Positions 1 through 12,400 of a DNA stretch of 64,000 bases are shown in pieces. This stretch comes from Eledone cirrhosa. Lineage: Eukaryota. The DNA lies in NCBI GenBank assembly GCA_964016885.1, contig OZ024740.1:259160001-259224000 (forward strand), read 5' to 3'. Position numbers and translations under genes: made by a program. The notes under the pieces were generated by a model that ran no database searches, was not told the origin of the DNA, and worked only from the letters and a program-made list of their open reading frames with translations. Each line of letters begins with the position of its first letter. Within the stretch, counting starts at the first letter, position 1.

Positions 1-1017
1 GATAGGAAGACTAGGAAGCTATTGACTATCTACAACATGTTCCACAAGAGGAGTGATGTCGATAGACTCTACCTAAGGAGATCTGAGGGTGGAAGAGGTC
101 TTATCAGCATAGAGGACTGTGTTCAGATGGAGAAAAACAACCTATACAAATACGTGACCTATAGTAAGGAGCCAATGCTCAGAGCTGTACTGAAGGAGGG
201 GACAGTAGGCCAGGGGATACCCAAGGAGGAAATAACATCAAGGAGGAAGAGCAGCCTTAAGGGAAAATCCCTTCATAGTACCTTCTTTGAGAAAACTGAA
301 TTTAGAGATCCACAGACATGGAACTGGTTGAGAAGAGGAGACCTCAAAAAGGCTACAGAAGGAATGCTAATGGCTGCGCAGGAGCAGGCCCTCAAAACGA
401 AGTGGTTGAAGCACCATATCTACAAGGAGGAGGCTAGCCCACTGTGCAGGATCTGTGGAGAGAGAGAGGAGACTGTGGCTCACATTGTGTCCGAGTGTAA
501 ACACCTAGCCCAGACCCACTATAAGGGCTGGAGACACGATGTGATGGGCAGGGTGATCCACTGGCACCTGTGCAAAGTAAACAATCTACCACATTCTGAG
601 AAATGGTATGAGCATAGGCCAGAGGCGGTGATGGAGAACAGTCAGGTGAAGGTGCTGTGGGATTTTAGGATACAGACGGACAAAAAACTGGAACACAATA
701 GACCTGACCTGGTGGTTGTGGACAAAGAAAAAAGATCGTGCCTGATTGTGGATGTGGCCTGCCCGTTCGACACGAGAGTGCAAGAGAAGGAGAGGGAGAA
801 AATTAACCGATACCAGGACCTAAAGTGGGAGGTGAAAAGGATTTGGAACAGCCATGAAGTCAAAGTGATCCCGATTGTCATAGGCGCACTGGGGACTATC
901 TCCAAAGGTTTCCAGGGATGGTTAAAGAAAATCGTCCCCTTCACGCTTTTTGGAACGCTTCAAAAGGCATGCTTGCTTGGAACGGCAAGAACCCTCCGAT
1001 ACGTCGTGAATATCTGA
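1..1017 (+). CDS. C-terminal part of RT-RLE polyprotein (thumb, Zn knuckle, restriction-like endonuclease); begins upstream of the window
   Basis: The frame is open from position 1 to TGA at 1015-1017, with the motifs above. Confidence 0.85.
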   Translation, partial: DRKTRKLLTIYNMFHKRSDVDRLYLRRSEGGRGLISIEDCVQMEKNNLYKYVTYSKEPMLRAVLKEGTVGQGIPKEEITSRRKSSLKGKSLHSTFFEKTEFRDPQTWNWLRRGDLKKATEGMLMAAQEQALKTKWLKHHIYKEEASPLCRICGEREETVAHIVSECKHLAQTHYKGWRHDVMGRVIHWHLCKVNNLPHSEKWYEHRPEAVMENSQVKVLWDFRIQTDKKLEHNRPDLVVVDKEKRSCLIVDVACPFDTRVQEKEREKINRYQDLKWEVKRIWNSHEVKVIPIVIGALGTISKGFQGWLKKIVPFTLFGTLQKACLLGTARTLRYVVNI

Positions 1018-1090
1018 GGCTGCAGGTAGTGGCTTGATATTCAATCCAACGGACTTTCCAGTTAACCAACATCAATGACTGAGATTCAAG
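1..1090 (+). mobile_element. R4/Dong-like RLE non-LTR retrotransposon, 3' part (copy 1)
   Basis: Encodes a CCHC knuckle (CRICGEREETVAHIVSEC), RHD, and an RLE motif (RPDLVVVD...IVDVACP). A short 3' UTR is followed by (TAA)n. Confidence 0.9.
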
Positions 1091-1091
1091 G

Positions 1092-1103
1092 AATAACAAT
1101 AAC

Positions 1104-1134
<31 letters not shown>
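1092..1134. repeat. (TAA)n microsatellite between the two Dong-like copies
   Basis: Read directly. Confidence 0.95.
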
Positions 1135-1137
<3 letters not shown>

Positions 1138-2650
1138 TCCCTCCACCTGAAACTGACAACCATGTTCAATGACTGCTTGACGTCAGGTGAGGTACCAGAG
1201 TGGTTGACAAAAGGTACCACAGTTCTGATAATGAAAGACCGAATCAAGGGTAATGATGTTACCAACTATAGACCTATCACATGTCTGTCCGTAATGTGGA
1301 AACTGTTGACGAGCATTGTGTCTGAGGAAATCTACCATCACCTCCACACAAATAACTTGTTACCGGACGAACAGAAAGGATGCCGAAAGAAGTCACGTGG
1401 TACAAAGGACCAGTTACTTATTGATAAGATGGTAATGGGGAATTGCAGGAGGAGACACACTGATCTTGCCATGGGATGGATAGAATACAGAAAGGCATTT
1501 GACATGGTGCCTCATTCTTGGATCACCAAAAGCCTGGAGATCTTCAAGGTGGCAAATAACATCAGACAGTTGTTGGGCAAGAGTATGAGGTCCTGGGAAA
1601 CAGAGTTGACATCAACTGGAGAATCCTTGGGAAGCGTGAAGATCAAGAGAGGTATCTTCCAGGGAGATAGCCTGTCCCCTCTGTTGTTTGTCCTTGCCCT
1701 GGTGCCCCTGACCAGTGTACTGCGAAAAGTGAGAGCAGGATACGGGTTGGGAAAGGGAGGGATTACCATCAATCACCTCCTCTTCATGGACGATCATAAG
1801 CTCTTCGGGAAGAGTGAGAAGGAGTTGGATGTGCTTGTTGACACTGTCCGTATTTTCAGCAGTGATATATGTATGCAGTTTGGTATTAGTAAGTGTGGAG
1901 TCATTGTGATGAGGAGGGGTAGGTTGAGCAGAAGTAACGGAATCCAGATACCAACAGGTGAGATGATAAAGGAAATTGACTCTGAGGAAGGATACAAGTA
2001 TTTGGGCGTTCTGGAGGCTGATGGCATAAAGAACAAAAAAATGAAGGAATTGTTAAGAACTGAATACATTCGGAGAATAAGGAGCGTATTGAAGTCACAT
2101 CTGAACAGCAGAAATGCCATAAGCGCAGTAAATTCCCGAGCTGTGTCTATTATTAGGTACAGTGCGGGAATTCTGAGATGGAATGTTGCTGAACAAAAAG
2201 AAATGGATAGGAAGACTAGGAAGCTATTGACTATCTACAACATGTTCCACAAGAGGAGTGATGTCGATAGACTCTACCTAAGGAGATCTGAAGGTGGAAG
2301 ACGTCTTATCAACATAGAGGACTGTGTTCAGATGGAGAAAAACAACCTACACAAATACGTGACTGATAGTAAGGAGCCAATGCTCAGAATTGTACTGAAG
2401 GAGAGGACAATAGACCAGGAGATGTCCAAGGAGGAAATAACAACAAGGAGAAAGAGCAGCCTCCATGAAAAATCCCTTCATAGTACCTTCTTTGAGAAAA
2501 CTGAATTCAGAGATCCACAGACATGGAACTGGTTGAAAAGAGGAGACCTTAAAAAGGCCCTCAAAACGAAGTGGTTGAAACACCATATTTACAAGGAGGA
2601 GGCTAGCCCACTGTGCAGGATCTGTGGAGAGAGAGAGGAGACTGTGGCTA
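1135..2650 (+). mobile_element. R4/Dong-like retrotransposon copy 2, truncated at both ends, RT domain
   Basis: RT motifs NYRPITCL, KAFDMVPH, RGIFQGDSLSP, LFMDD, YKYLG. 2206-2650 is highly similar to 1-480 apart from a 36-bp in-frame deletion. Confidence 0.9.
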
Positions 2651-3129
2651 ACAACCAGACATCTACACAACATAGTAACCAGCAAGCAAACAACCAGATT
2701 AACTGTAACTCTAGAACAAATAGAACTTGCTCCTTAGGTAAAAATTGCTTAATCAAAGACATCATTTACTCGTGCACTTTCAACACAAACAACTCTTCTA
2801 AAACATATATCGGTTGAACATCGAACTGCTTCAAGACGAGATATAACTCGCATCTCCACACGTTCAAAAATCCCAATCTAGCCAACTCGACTTCTTTATC
2901 CAGCTACATATACTCTCTGAAAACTAGGAATAGAACATATACACTTCAATGGGAGATAGTAGATAGGGCTGCATCATATAAACCACCTAATAAATTATGT
3001 AACCTCTGTCTTCTAGAGATCCGAACAATAATCTATTCTAAGCTAGACCTAAATAGAAAATCAGAGGTTTTTTCGATGTGCCAGCACTACCACCGACACT
3101 CTTTTCATAGCTTTAAAACTAGCTGCTAA
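2651..3129 (+). pseudogene. PLE GIY-YIG endonuclease remnant (Cys-rich, Hydra-clade-like) with one in-frame TGA
   Basis: Reads CNSR..CSLGKNCL..IIY..YIG*TSNCFKTRY..H..STSLS..LQWEI..CNLCLLE..LNRKSE..CQH, ending at TAA 3127-3129. Confidence 0.8.
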
Positions 3130-3341
3130 TGTATAACAATGTCAGATCTGAATTCCTCACCACCATTAACACTTCACCTCTAGGTCTTATCAGCATATAA
3201 GTACCCCCACAGCATCACACTATGTGATCAGCTCATCACTCTACCTAACTCCTTTTTATCTCAAACTTTAAACTATACAATAACTATTAGGAATAAACAT
3301 AAACTAACACCATTTAATATAACCACTATATCTTGCTTATA

Positions 3342-3925
3342 TTATATTCAGGAATGGATAAATAATATGATGAGACACTAAATAAATTATATTTATAATT
3401 AAATATATAAATTAATAGCATTATATATATGAAATTCACTTATAATATAATATAATGTATATTAATAGCACAAGAGATTTAACTAGTTAGACCTGTAAAC
3501 AACTATACATTCTTACCAATTTCATATACATTATTCAGTAATGGATAGATAACAATATAATTGTTTCTACTTTTGGCACAAGGTCAGCAATTACCCAGTA
3601 CATTACTGGTACTTTATTTTATCGACCCCGTAAGGATGAAAGGCAAAGTTAACCTCGGCGGGATTTGAACTCAGAATGACAAGGGCCGTAACTCTATACG
3701 TCAAAGCATGGCGTCCGACCCTCTACCGATACTGCCAATCCACCGCCCTAATAGATAACAATATAATGAGACCTTTAATGTAAAATAGATTATATTTTAA
3801 ATTAAACACAAACAAATAGCATTATATGAAAGGATTCACTTATAACACAATATAATGTATAGCAACACAAAGAATTTAACTAATTGGAGCTGTAAACATC
3901 TTTACATTTTTCTAAATTCATTTAC
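3342..3925. repeat. Diverged ~190-bp tandem duplication; the second unit is interrupted by a SINE
   Basis: ttattcag-aatggata...ttcacttataa...ctgtaaaca occurs at ~3345-3530 and again at ~3531-3925. Confidence 0.7.
3562..3750 (-). mobile_element. tRNA-derived SINE with 17-bp TSD
   Basis: A box TGGCAGTATCGG and B box GAGTTCAAATCC on the minus strand. TSD atagataacaatataat at 3545-3561 and 3751-3767. Confidence 0.9.
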
Positions 3926-4816
3926 AATGTAATCGCTAGTTACCTCCTCTTTCGTATTAGCTCCCCTTAATATAGATCAATCTCACCCCCGGAAATTAAA
4001 CCGTTAGAGGAATCACTCCACAACAACTCCAACCCCGGATAACAATATATTAGGACCGGTATACAATCCATGGCTGTGACTGATTAAAAACATTCACTAA
4101 AATAAAACATAGCCAATGTGATGGAAAAGATAGCAATAACATTGATACTCTCCGCACATACACATTTGAACATTACAGAAACAATTATCACACTGCATCC
4201 ACTATAAACTAATAATTTTAATACAAAAACAGCTTTGCCTGCTTGTAAACATATCTTCTTTTATGTGATACCTTTGCCTCGCAGAAATTATATATGCCTA
4301 GTACCATTGCTTGTTGCCTTCCTGTATATGCCTATTGCATTTGCACTCTCTATACGCTTACATATGTACAGCTAGTGTCCTCGTTTCACGAATAACTTTC
4401 TACCTTAATGCCTCTCTAATTGTTATACTAATCTCTGTCGCATGCATTCCACTCTGTGCCTTTTTAACTTTTAACTTTTAATTTTTAATCTATGTCGCAT
4501 CCATTCCACTCTGTAAATATGAAACTGTTGTTGGCAACATTAATATCCATTATATGTATGTTCGCAACATTAATATCCATTATATGTACAAAAATTGCTA
4601 ATGCTCCGATGAATCCAAACGATAGTTTGGAAGAAACCATTGTCAGCAATAAAATGATTTGAACATAGCTTTGATTATTGTGTAATTTATATTCCGGCTC
4701 TGTAAAATATCTCATGTATTTACATTGAGTTATTTTTCTTACTGATAATAAGGTAGTAATTAATTACTGACTTTTCCTGTTTATAGTTGTATATGGTGTA
4801 TACATAACTATAAATA

Positions 4817-4869
<53 letters not shown>

Positions 4870-4974
4870 TTCTAAATCTGAATTATTGATACTCTGAAGT
4901 AAGGTCCATTGAACTTATTTATTGAGAAACATGATCATCATACTTATTAAATCTTTTGATACCTTAACATAATA

Positions 4975-5015
<41 letters not shown>

Positions 5016-5034
5016 CGCCTGATATAATTATGGG

Positions 5035-6590
5035 TGGGCCGTTGTGACATACTGTGCACCCTTATATTCCATCAGTCGCTGTCACGTGCCAGATCTCGTG
5101 TCTCTGCTAATGATTTGCCTGACCTCTCTTTAATGTTGTCTTTTTATCTCTTTCTTTGACTGTCGTCTCTTTCTCCTCCACCACAGTTTCGTGTAGAACA
5201 GTGTTTGCGAGGGCACTCTATCGTGTTAAATGGCCATATCATCTCTTCTTCCTTATCTTCACTAATATGAGAAAGTTTTCATGGGCAAGAAAAGGGCAGT
5301 GCGATACTGGATTGTTTTGCGGACCTACCCGTTTATGTATGAGATGTCTCAGATGTTGCCGTAGTATATCATTTCCTTCTCTGGAGCTGCAGTGAAGATC
5401 TATATCTTGCATACACTCGGGTCCCAAATAATAGAGGAGTCGGGAATCGGTAATTTTTCTAGGTTGTCTCTCTTGATTTTTTTTTTAAAACCAGAACTAC
5501 TCGTTTAGTTTATATGAGACCCCAACCCATCCTATTTATTTTATAACGTATGGAAATACTTGTATTTCTCTTTTCTTTTTCATGTACAATGTTTTTTTTG
5601 TTTTTTTTAATGTCTAAAGAAAATTAATTGAAGCAGGGATGCTACCACTTCGCTGGATATAGATTAACAACATTTAATAAGCGGGAAGTGGAAAAGAGAA
5701 ATTAATAAGCAGGGTTATTCGAGACCCGAGAGTAGGTACTGGTTGATGAGGAACACCAATACACTCAGAAGTCCGATCGTGTTGTTTTTCGTGATATTCT
5801 CTTTCTAGATTTCTTTAAGCCTGGTTAGTTTAGCCATTGACTGTGTGGTCCTTGTAAGGATTTCTAGTCTTGATCGTTTATCACTAGTGATTGCGTCTGG
5901 TTATTTAAACTGTTGCAATGTCTCTAGTTTTTGTCCTTGTACAGAGATGACTTCATTGGTGTTTGTCATGAGTTTGTTTTGTTTGTTTTTTACATTACTG
6001 ATTTAATCAATGTTATTAACTAAGTTGACCTCTTAATCCTCTTACTCTATAAAGCCATCAATGACGTCTGCAAATCTTAGGTATGTGATGTTCCAATCTC
6101 TAATGCTAACTATGCTCTCCGGATCTACAAGAGCATTGCTAATGATCTGCACCAGAAAGATGTTAAACAGATGCGGAGAAAGGAGGCAGTCTTGATGGAT
6201 GCCTATGGTGTTATTGTGCCTTGTTCAAAGTACTGCACTGGTTGTCTTGGTATAAGGTTTCTCTATGGTATGAGTCAACTTTTGCCCCAGGTTAAATTTC
6301 ATCATGGTGGCCCTTAGAGTATCATGCCAGACCCTGCCAAACCCCTTCTTCACGTTTATGATGACGTAATGCTGTTCTCCCTATTGTTGAAAATAGTTGC
6401 CACAGAGGGTACGGAGGCTGGGAATTTTCTCAGTATTACTTCTACCTTTACGCAAGCCTGCTTGTTTCTCAACTTAGATGGTTTCTGCCTGAGGTTTCCG
6501 TCTATTCTGAATAACTTTAAGTATTACTTTACTTGCATGGATGATCTTGTTGATGATACAGAATGTGTGACATAGCTAGAGGCTGCCTTT
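5035..6590 (-). pseudogene. Degenerate RTE-type LINE RT and 3' end, interrupted at about 5430-5800
   Basis: Minus-strand remnants GIHQDCLLSPHLFNIFL, LRFADVIDG and KR*YGHLTR..ANTVLHETV, with many stops. Confidence 0.65.
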
Positions 6591-6619
6591 CTTGAACAGT
6601 GACTGAGTCTAGCGTGTTA

Positions 6620-6768
6620 ACCATTCAACAGTCGGTTATACGAAACGGCGTGAGCTCAGCCGTCGAGGTCCTACCTGTTCCAATTACCCACTCTACTACC
6701 CTAAGTATTGAGTACTTTGGTGCGTTATGGTCCATCTGGTTCCTTACCACATTTCACATTTCTTCGTT
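6620..6768 (+). repeat. Unclassified repeat end abutting (TA)n; inverted homologues at 30566-30690 and 29445-29610
   Basis: Shared GAAACGG..GAGCTCAGCCGTC and a downstream ~110-bp match to the reverse complement of 30566-30690. Confidence 0.75.
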
Positions 6769-7545
<777 letters not shown>

Positions 7546-7843
7546 GCGTGGGTGAAAGGATACGTACACTTGAAAGAAAAATTTAAGTCTGAATGTTAAT
7601 TAAGTGCAAACACAAAACCAACCACGCATATCTTTACTATCTCTAATCCTTCTATAGATTTAGAAAAATAACCAATAATATATTCTATAAAAAATGTCAA
7701 AACAACAGATGGGAATCTAATTACTCACTGCCACCAAGAATTCTCACTGCTATCGAAAAACCACTCCTTCAACTATTCTTCTAACAACTTCACCCCTCCC
7801 TCCTAATATTCTCTATAAAAACTAAATAGGTCCTCAGTAATAT

Positions 7844-7888
7844 TATTCTGATGAAATGACAGTAAATAATAACATTGAAATATTGAAT
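7844..7888 (+). ncRNA. Minimal type I hammerhead-like motif (PLE pLTR type)
   Basis: CTGATGA, stem II AATG..CATT, GAAA, TATT. Stem I is weak. Confidence 0.55.
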
Positions 7889-7993
7889 GTCTGCATAACT
7901 AAAAGTTTGTAGATAGCTGTTTTAGGTTATGTAACTGTTATAGAAACACGTGTCAATAAATTCCTTTCAACTAAACTGTATCCATTCAAATCT

Positions 7994-8062
<69 letters not shown>

Positions 8063-8103
8063 TATATATACAGATATATATACACACATACACACACACA
8101 CAC

Positions 8104-8141
<38 letters not shown>

Positions 8142-8143
8142 CC

Positions 8144-8175
<32 letters not shown>

Positions 8176-8651
8176 AAGGGAGAGAGTCAGTGTGTGTGAG
8201 AGTGCGCATGTGTATTGAACAATGGAAATATGGAAATAAAACAAAAATCAAAGATAGGTTCTTAATTAGTGTGTTGTTTTACGATCATTTCAGAGGGTTG
8301 ATTGATCATGGAAGATCGATATGTTGTCTAGCAGAAAGTGGTATTGTTACTATCTATTTCTAGCCTCGAAATTCCTGATCCATCACACCGTCTTCCTCAG
8401 AAACAAACATATATGATTATTAACTGTGATTTAACGCATACTTAGAAACATAGGTTTATACCATAAACGTGGTTTTGTCTTTGCGTGTAATTGTTCTCCT
8501 CGCCCCACATAATGACGTATTATCTTCGCTTTTTTCCGTTCATTGTCAAAGTATCACAAACCATCACAAACCAAAGTATCGTCTTCCTGTCTTCCTTCGG
8601 TTGCAACGTTTTTTGAAATATTTACTTCTGCGGTCACAGATTGACTTTGTT

Positions 8652-8702
8652 AGTTTCAGAAGATCCCGTTAAGGGTGAAAGCAGCGATTCTTTGCTTAAA
8701 CT
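8652..8702 (+). ncRNA. Type I hammerhead motif with U4A core variant
   Basis: Stem I AGTTT/AAACT; core CAGAAGA; stem II CCC-GTTAA-GGG; GAAA; stem III AGCA/TGCT; CUU cleavage triplet. Confidence 0.65.
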
Positions 8703-8734
8703 TTAATCTGTTATTTTAATAAATATATATATGT

Positions 8735-8798
<64 letters not shown>

Positions 8799-8806
8799 AT
8801 GTGTGA

Positions 8807-8902
<96 letters not shown>

Positions 8903-8975
8903 ATATATATATTTATTAAAATAACAGATTAAAGTTTAAGCAAAGAATCGGTGCTTTCACCCTTAACGGGATCTT
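8660..8975. repeat. ~78-bp inverted repeat enclosing a (TA)n(TG)n tract
   Basis: 8660-8738 is the reverse complement of 8897-8975 with very few mismatches. Confidence 0.9.
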
Positions 8976-9077
8976 AAGAATAAAAGAATTATAGACACTG
9001 ATCACTGATCATTGATATCAATATTGATCTGTAGAACAACAAGTAGGAAAGAGAGGGGGAGAGAGAGAGGGGGAGAA

Positions 9078-9093
9078 ATAGATAGATAGATAA

Positions 9094-9164
<71 letters not shown>
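9078..9164. repeat. (GATA)n microsatellite at the 3' end of the Tx1-like element
   Basis: Read directly. Confidence 0.95.
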
Positions 9165-9165
<1 letters not shown>

Positions 9166-9428
9166 GTTTCTTTTATTTGCCACTAGGGCATCAAAAGTGG
9201 GACAAGTACAAAGGGGGGAGTTTACACAAAAAGGCGTCCTCAATAAGGAGGAGGCAATAACAAAATATAAAAATAAAATAAGATATAACAAAAAATAAAA
9301 TTTTTAACAAAATCCTCAATAGAGAGGAGGCGCCTTGGGGAGTCGCACACACCCCCGAAAAAAGTGTGCAACCCTTTTCCTCAGGAGCACAGAGAGGGGG
9401 TGCTCCCTCGTTCCTTCCTCTTTTCCAC

Positions 9429-12400
9429 CTACAGGCTTATGTAAAGAGAAGGCCCATTCACACGGGCCATTCTCGCCACTTTCACCCACCTTTCATAAAA
9501 ACGACTGGGGTGCAGCACCTCTCTCTCCATCCTGATCCTTCTTCCGAAATGATATCGGAAGAAACGGACCAGTTGTTGGCCAGAGAGAAAGGTGCCTGAC
9601 CTCAGTCCTTTCAGACGCGTCCACCATACAACCTCTTTCGCCATGGCTATTACGCACAGAAACACCGCCTCTGCTTCATCTTTGAAGGGGGGAGGCGGCT
9701 TGATCATTACAATAGACTCGGTGGTCAACCGGATCGGTCCCACCCTTGACAGCAGTTGTTCGACATAGCCCCACAGATCGGCTACGCCCGAGCAGTGTAC
9801 CAATGCGTGTGCAACGGTTTCCTCGTCGCACACGCATCTGGGACAGATCTTTTTGGCGGGGTCCCTACCCGGGCGCCCGTGTCTGTAGAGCCTTTCTCGA
9901 ACGGGTAAAGCCCCTCGGTAGCACTGCCAGGCCAGGGACTTCTGGAAGTTGTCCATAGGTCCCGGGCTGAATGTCCTACCGAACAGGCTGGCCAGTTCGT
10001 CCTCCTCCATGTCTAGGGCTTCTCCAAGGGCGTCGTCGCACCTGCTGCGTACCAGCCCTCTATAGAATGTTGCGGTGGAGTCTCCACTGATAACCGGATC
10101 CGCCTGCCAGAGGGCGGTGAGCGCCTGGGCACACTCAGTGTGCCAGGCGCCCAGTTTTCTCGGTCTCTGCTTGACCCAGGATTGCAGCTCGGTGAGTGAG
10201 ACGAGTCTGGGAAAGGTTCGTCTCACAAACGAGGCCCACACCGGTTGTCCGGTGAGGAATATGTAGAGGTGCCGTAGCCTTAATGCGTGTTTACGCATCA
10301 TTAGCCACGGCATCCCCAGCCCTCCTTTCGAAGGGTGTTGACAGCAGATGGATCTCCTCACCATAGGAGCCCGCCCCTTCCAAAGGAATTGGAAGAGCGC
10401 GCGCTCCATCTTGGTGAGGGTTTCCCTTGGGCAGGGCACTACGGTCAGGCGGTAGTAGATGACGGACGCTATATAAGTGTTCGCCACCTCCGCCCGACCT
10501 TTCAGGGATAGTTTGCAACTGGCCCACTTCTGGGTCAGTGCAAACACCCTGTTCGTAACCTCCGCCCAGTTTTTCTCCACCTGGAGGTCCGGTCCGAACC
10601 AGACCCCGAGCAACTTCACCGGGCCCTCCGTCCAGCGTCCGACGACGCCATCGGAGGGCATCGGTCTGCCCCTCCACGTGCCGAGTTGCAAACCGATCGA
10701 CTTGTCCCGGTTCAGCTTAGCCCCTGTGAACTTTTCGTACTCCTCCAGTAAGGTGCCGACCGCCTCGATTTCGGAGGCCGTCGACACCATTACTGTCACA
10801 TCATCGGCGTAGGCTGACACCGCTTTCCGCAATCCCGGTTCCAAAGGGATGCCCTGCAACAACTCCAACTTCCGCAGTAGTGGCTCGAGAGTCAACACAT
10901 ACAGAAGGGAGGAGAGAGGGCACCCTTGTCGGATGGACCGCGCGATTTTGAACGGCTCCGAGAGGTAGCCATTCACCTTGACCCTAGAGCAGATGCGGCT
11001 GCTGTGCATAGCAGTGATCCAGCCCCTGAAAACGGGTCCGAAGCCTGCCGCCGCTAGCACCGCATCCAGGTAACCATGGTCGACCCTATCGAACGCCTTA
11101 GATTGATCCAAGTTGATCAGAGCCCCACCAAAGCCGGGTTCGTTCCCAACCCTCTCTATGATGTATCGCATGAGGTGGAGGTTGTCATGGATGGACCTGG
11201 ACGGGATAGCGCATGTCTGCGCATCTCCCACCAGGTTGCCCACGACAAGCGCCAACCTCTTTGCTAGCACCTTGGCCAAAATCTGTAACTCTGTATTTAG
11301 CAGAGTTATGGGCCTGAAGTTACTTATTTCGTCCCCCTTGTTCTCGTCCTTCCTCACTAGCGTGACTACGCCCTTGGTCACAGTACAGGGAATTCTCCCG
11401 TTCTGTTGCCAGTTGCAGTAGACCGCCTCGAGGAGATCGGGGAACAAGTCCGGCATAGCTAGATATAATTCGTAAGGAAGACCATCGAGACCCGGGGATT
11501 TGCGTTTGCCGCATTGGCCCAGCACGTCCTCTATCTCAGCGGCCGAAATCGGCTCCTCGCAAGACTTCGCCTCCCTGTCCGAGAGGCGCGGCAGGCCGTC
11601 GAGGTATGGACCGAAGTCCACGTTTCCAACCGGCTCCCCACCCCTCCCGAACAGTCGGGCAAAGTGCCTTTGAAAGGCCTCACACATCTGCTTAGGCTCA
11701 AGAATCGCCCGTCCATCCAGGTCTCGCAAAGACCGGATGGTGGATTTAGTTCCACTGTTGGCCTCTGTCACGCGGGCCCAGCTAACAGCTTTGGCCCCCT
11801 CGTTCCCTAGAGCACGTATTTTACTTCGGACAACGCAGCCTTCGTGCTTCGCGTCGAAAAACTGGCTCAAAGCCGTTCTCGACGCTAGCACTCTGGCCAC
11901 GTCGCCGCTTCTAATTGCCTCTTCTACTCTATCTATTAGCTCCCTTTCCTTCCTATTCCTATCCGCAGCTAGAACCTTACTAAATTCAATCGAGACTACT
12001 CTAATCTCTCTCTTTAGAGATACCCACCACCTGCTGTTGACGATCGCTCCAGTCAACCGTTCCTTAACTAACGTACTAATCCGATTCCTGTAGGCTCTAC
12101 TTGCCGGCAAGGACAAGTTGAGCTTCCAGTAACCGGGGCCCTGTCTATGCGTTCTATCAAGGTTGACCATGCAGGTCACCAACTTGTGGTCTGAATAGCC
12201 AACCATGAGCATTTCTGGACAACTTAAAAAGTCCCTGTCCTTATTTCTAACTAAAAATCTATCTAGGTACGATCTAGATGATCCGCTGCGATTTGACCAA
12301 GACCAGGTTGGCACCGTCGGAAAATCTAGTCGAAATCTATCGGCCAGGTCAAATCGGCCGAGTAACCCCTTGAGGCTGTTGCACCCCTCTCTATCGGGAC

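Noticed and set aside
4892-4942. CTGAAGT...GAAACATGATCATC hammerhead-like motif
   Set aside because: The core is altered and stem II is unconvincing; at best a decayed relic.
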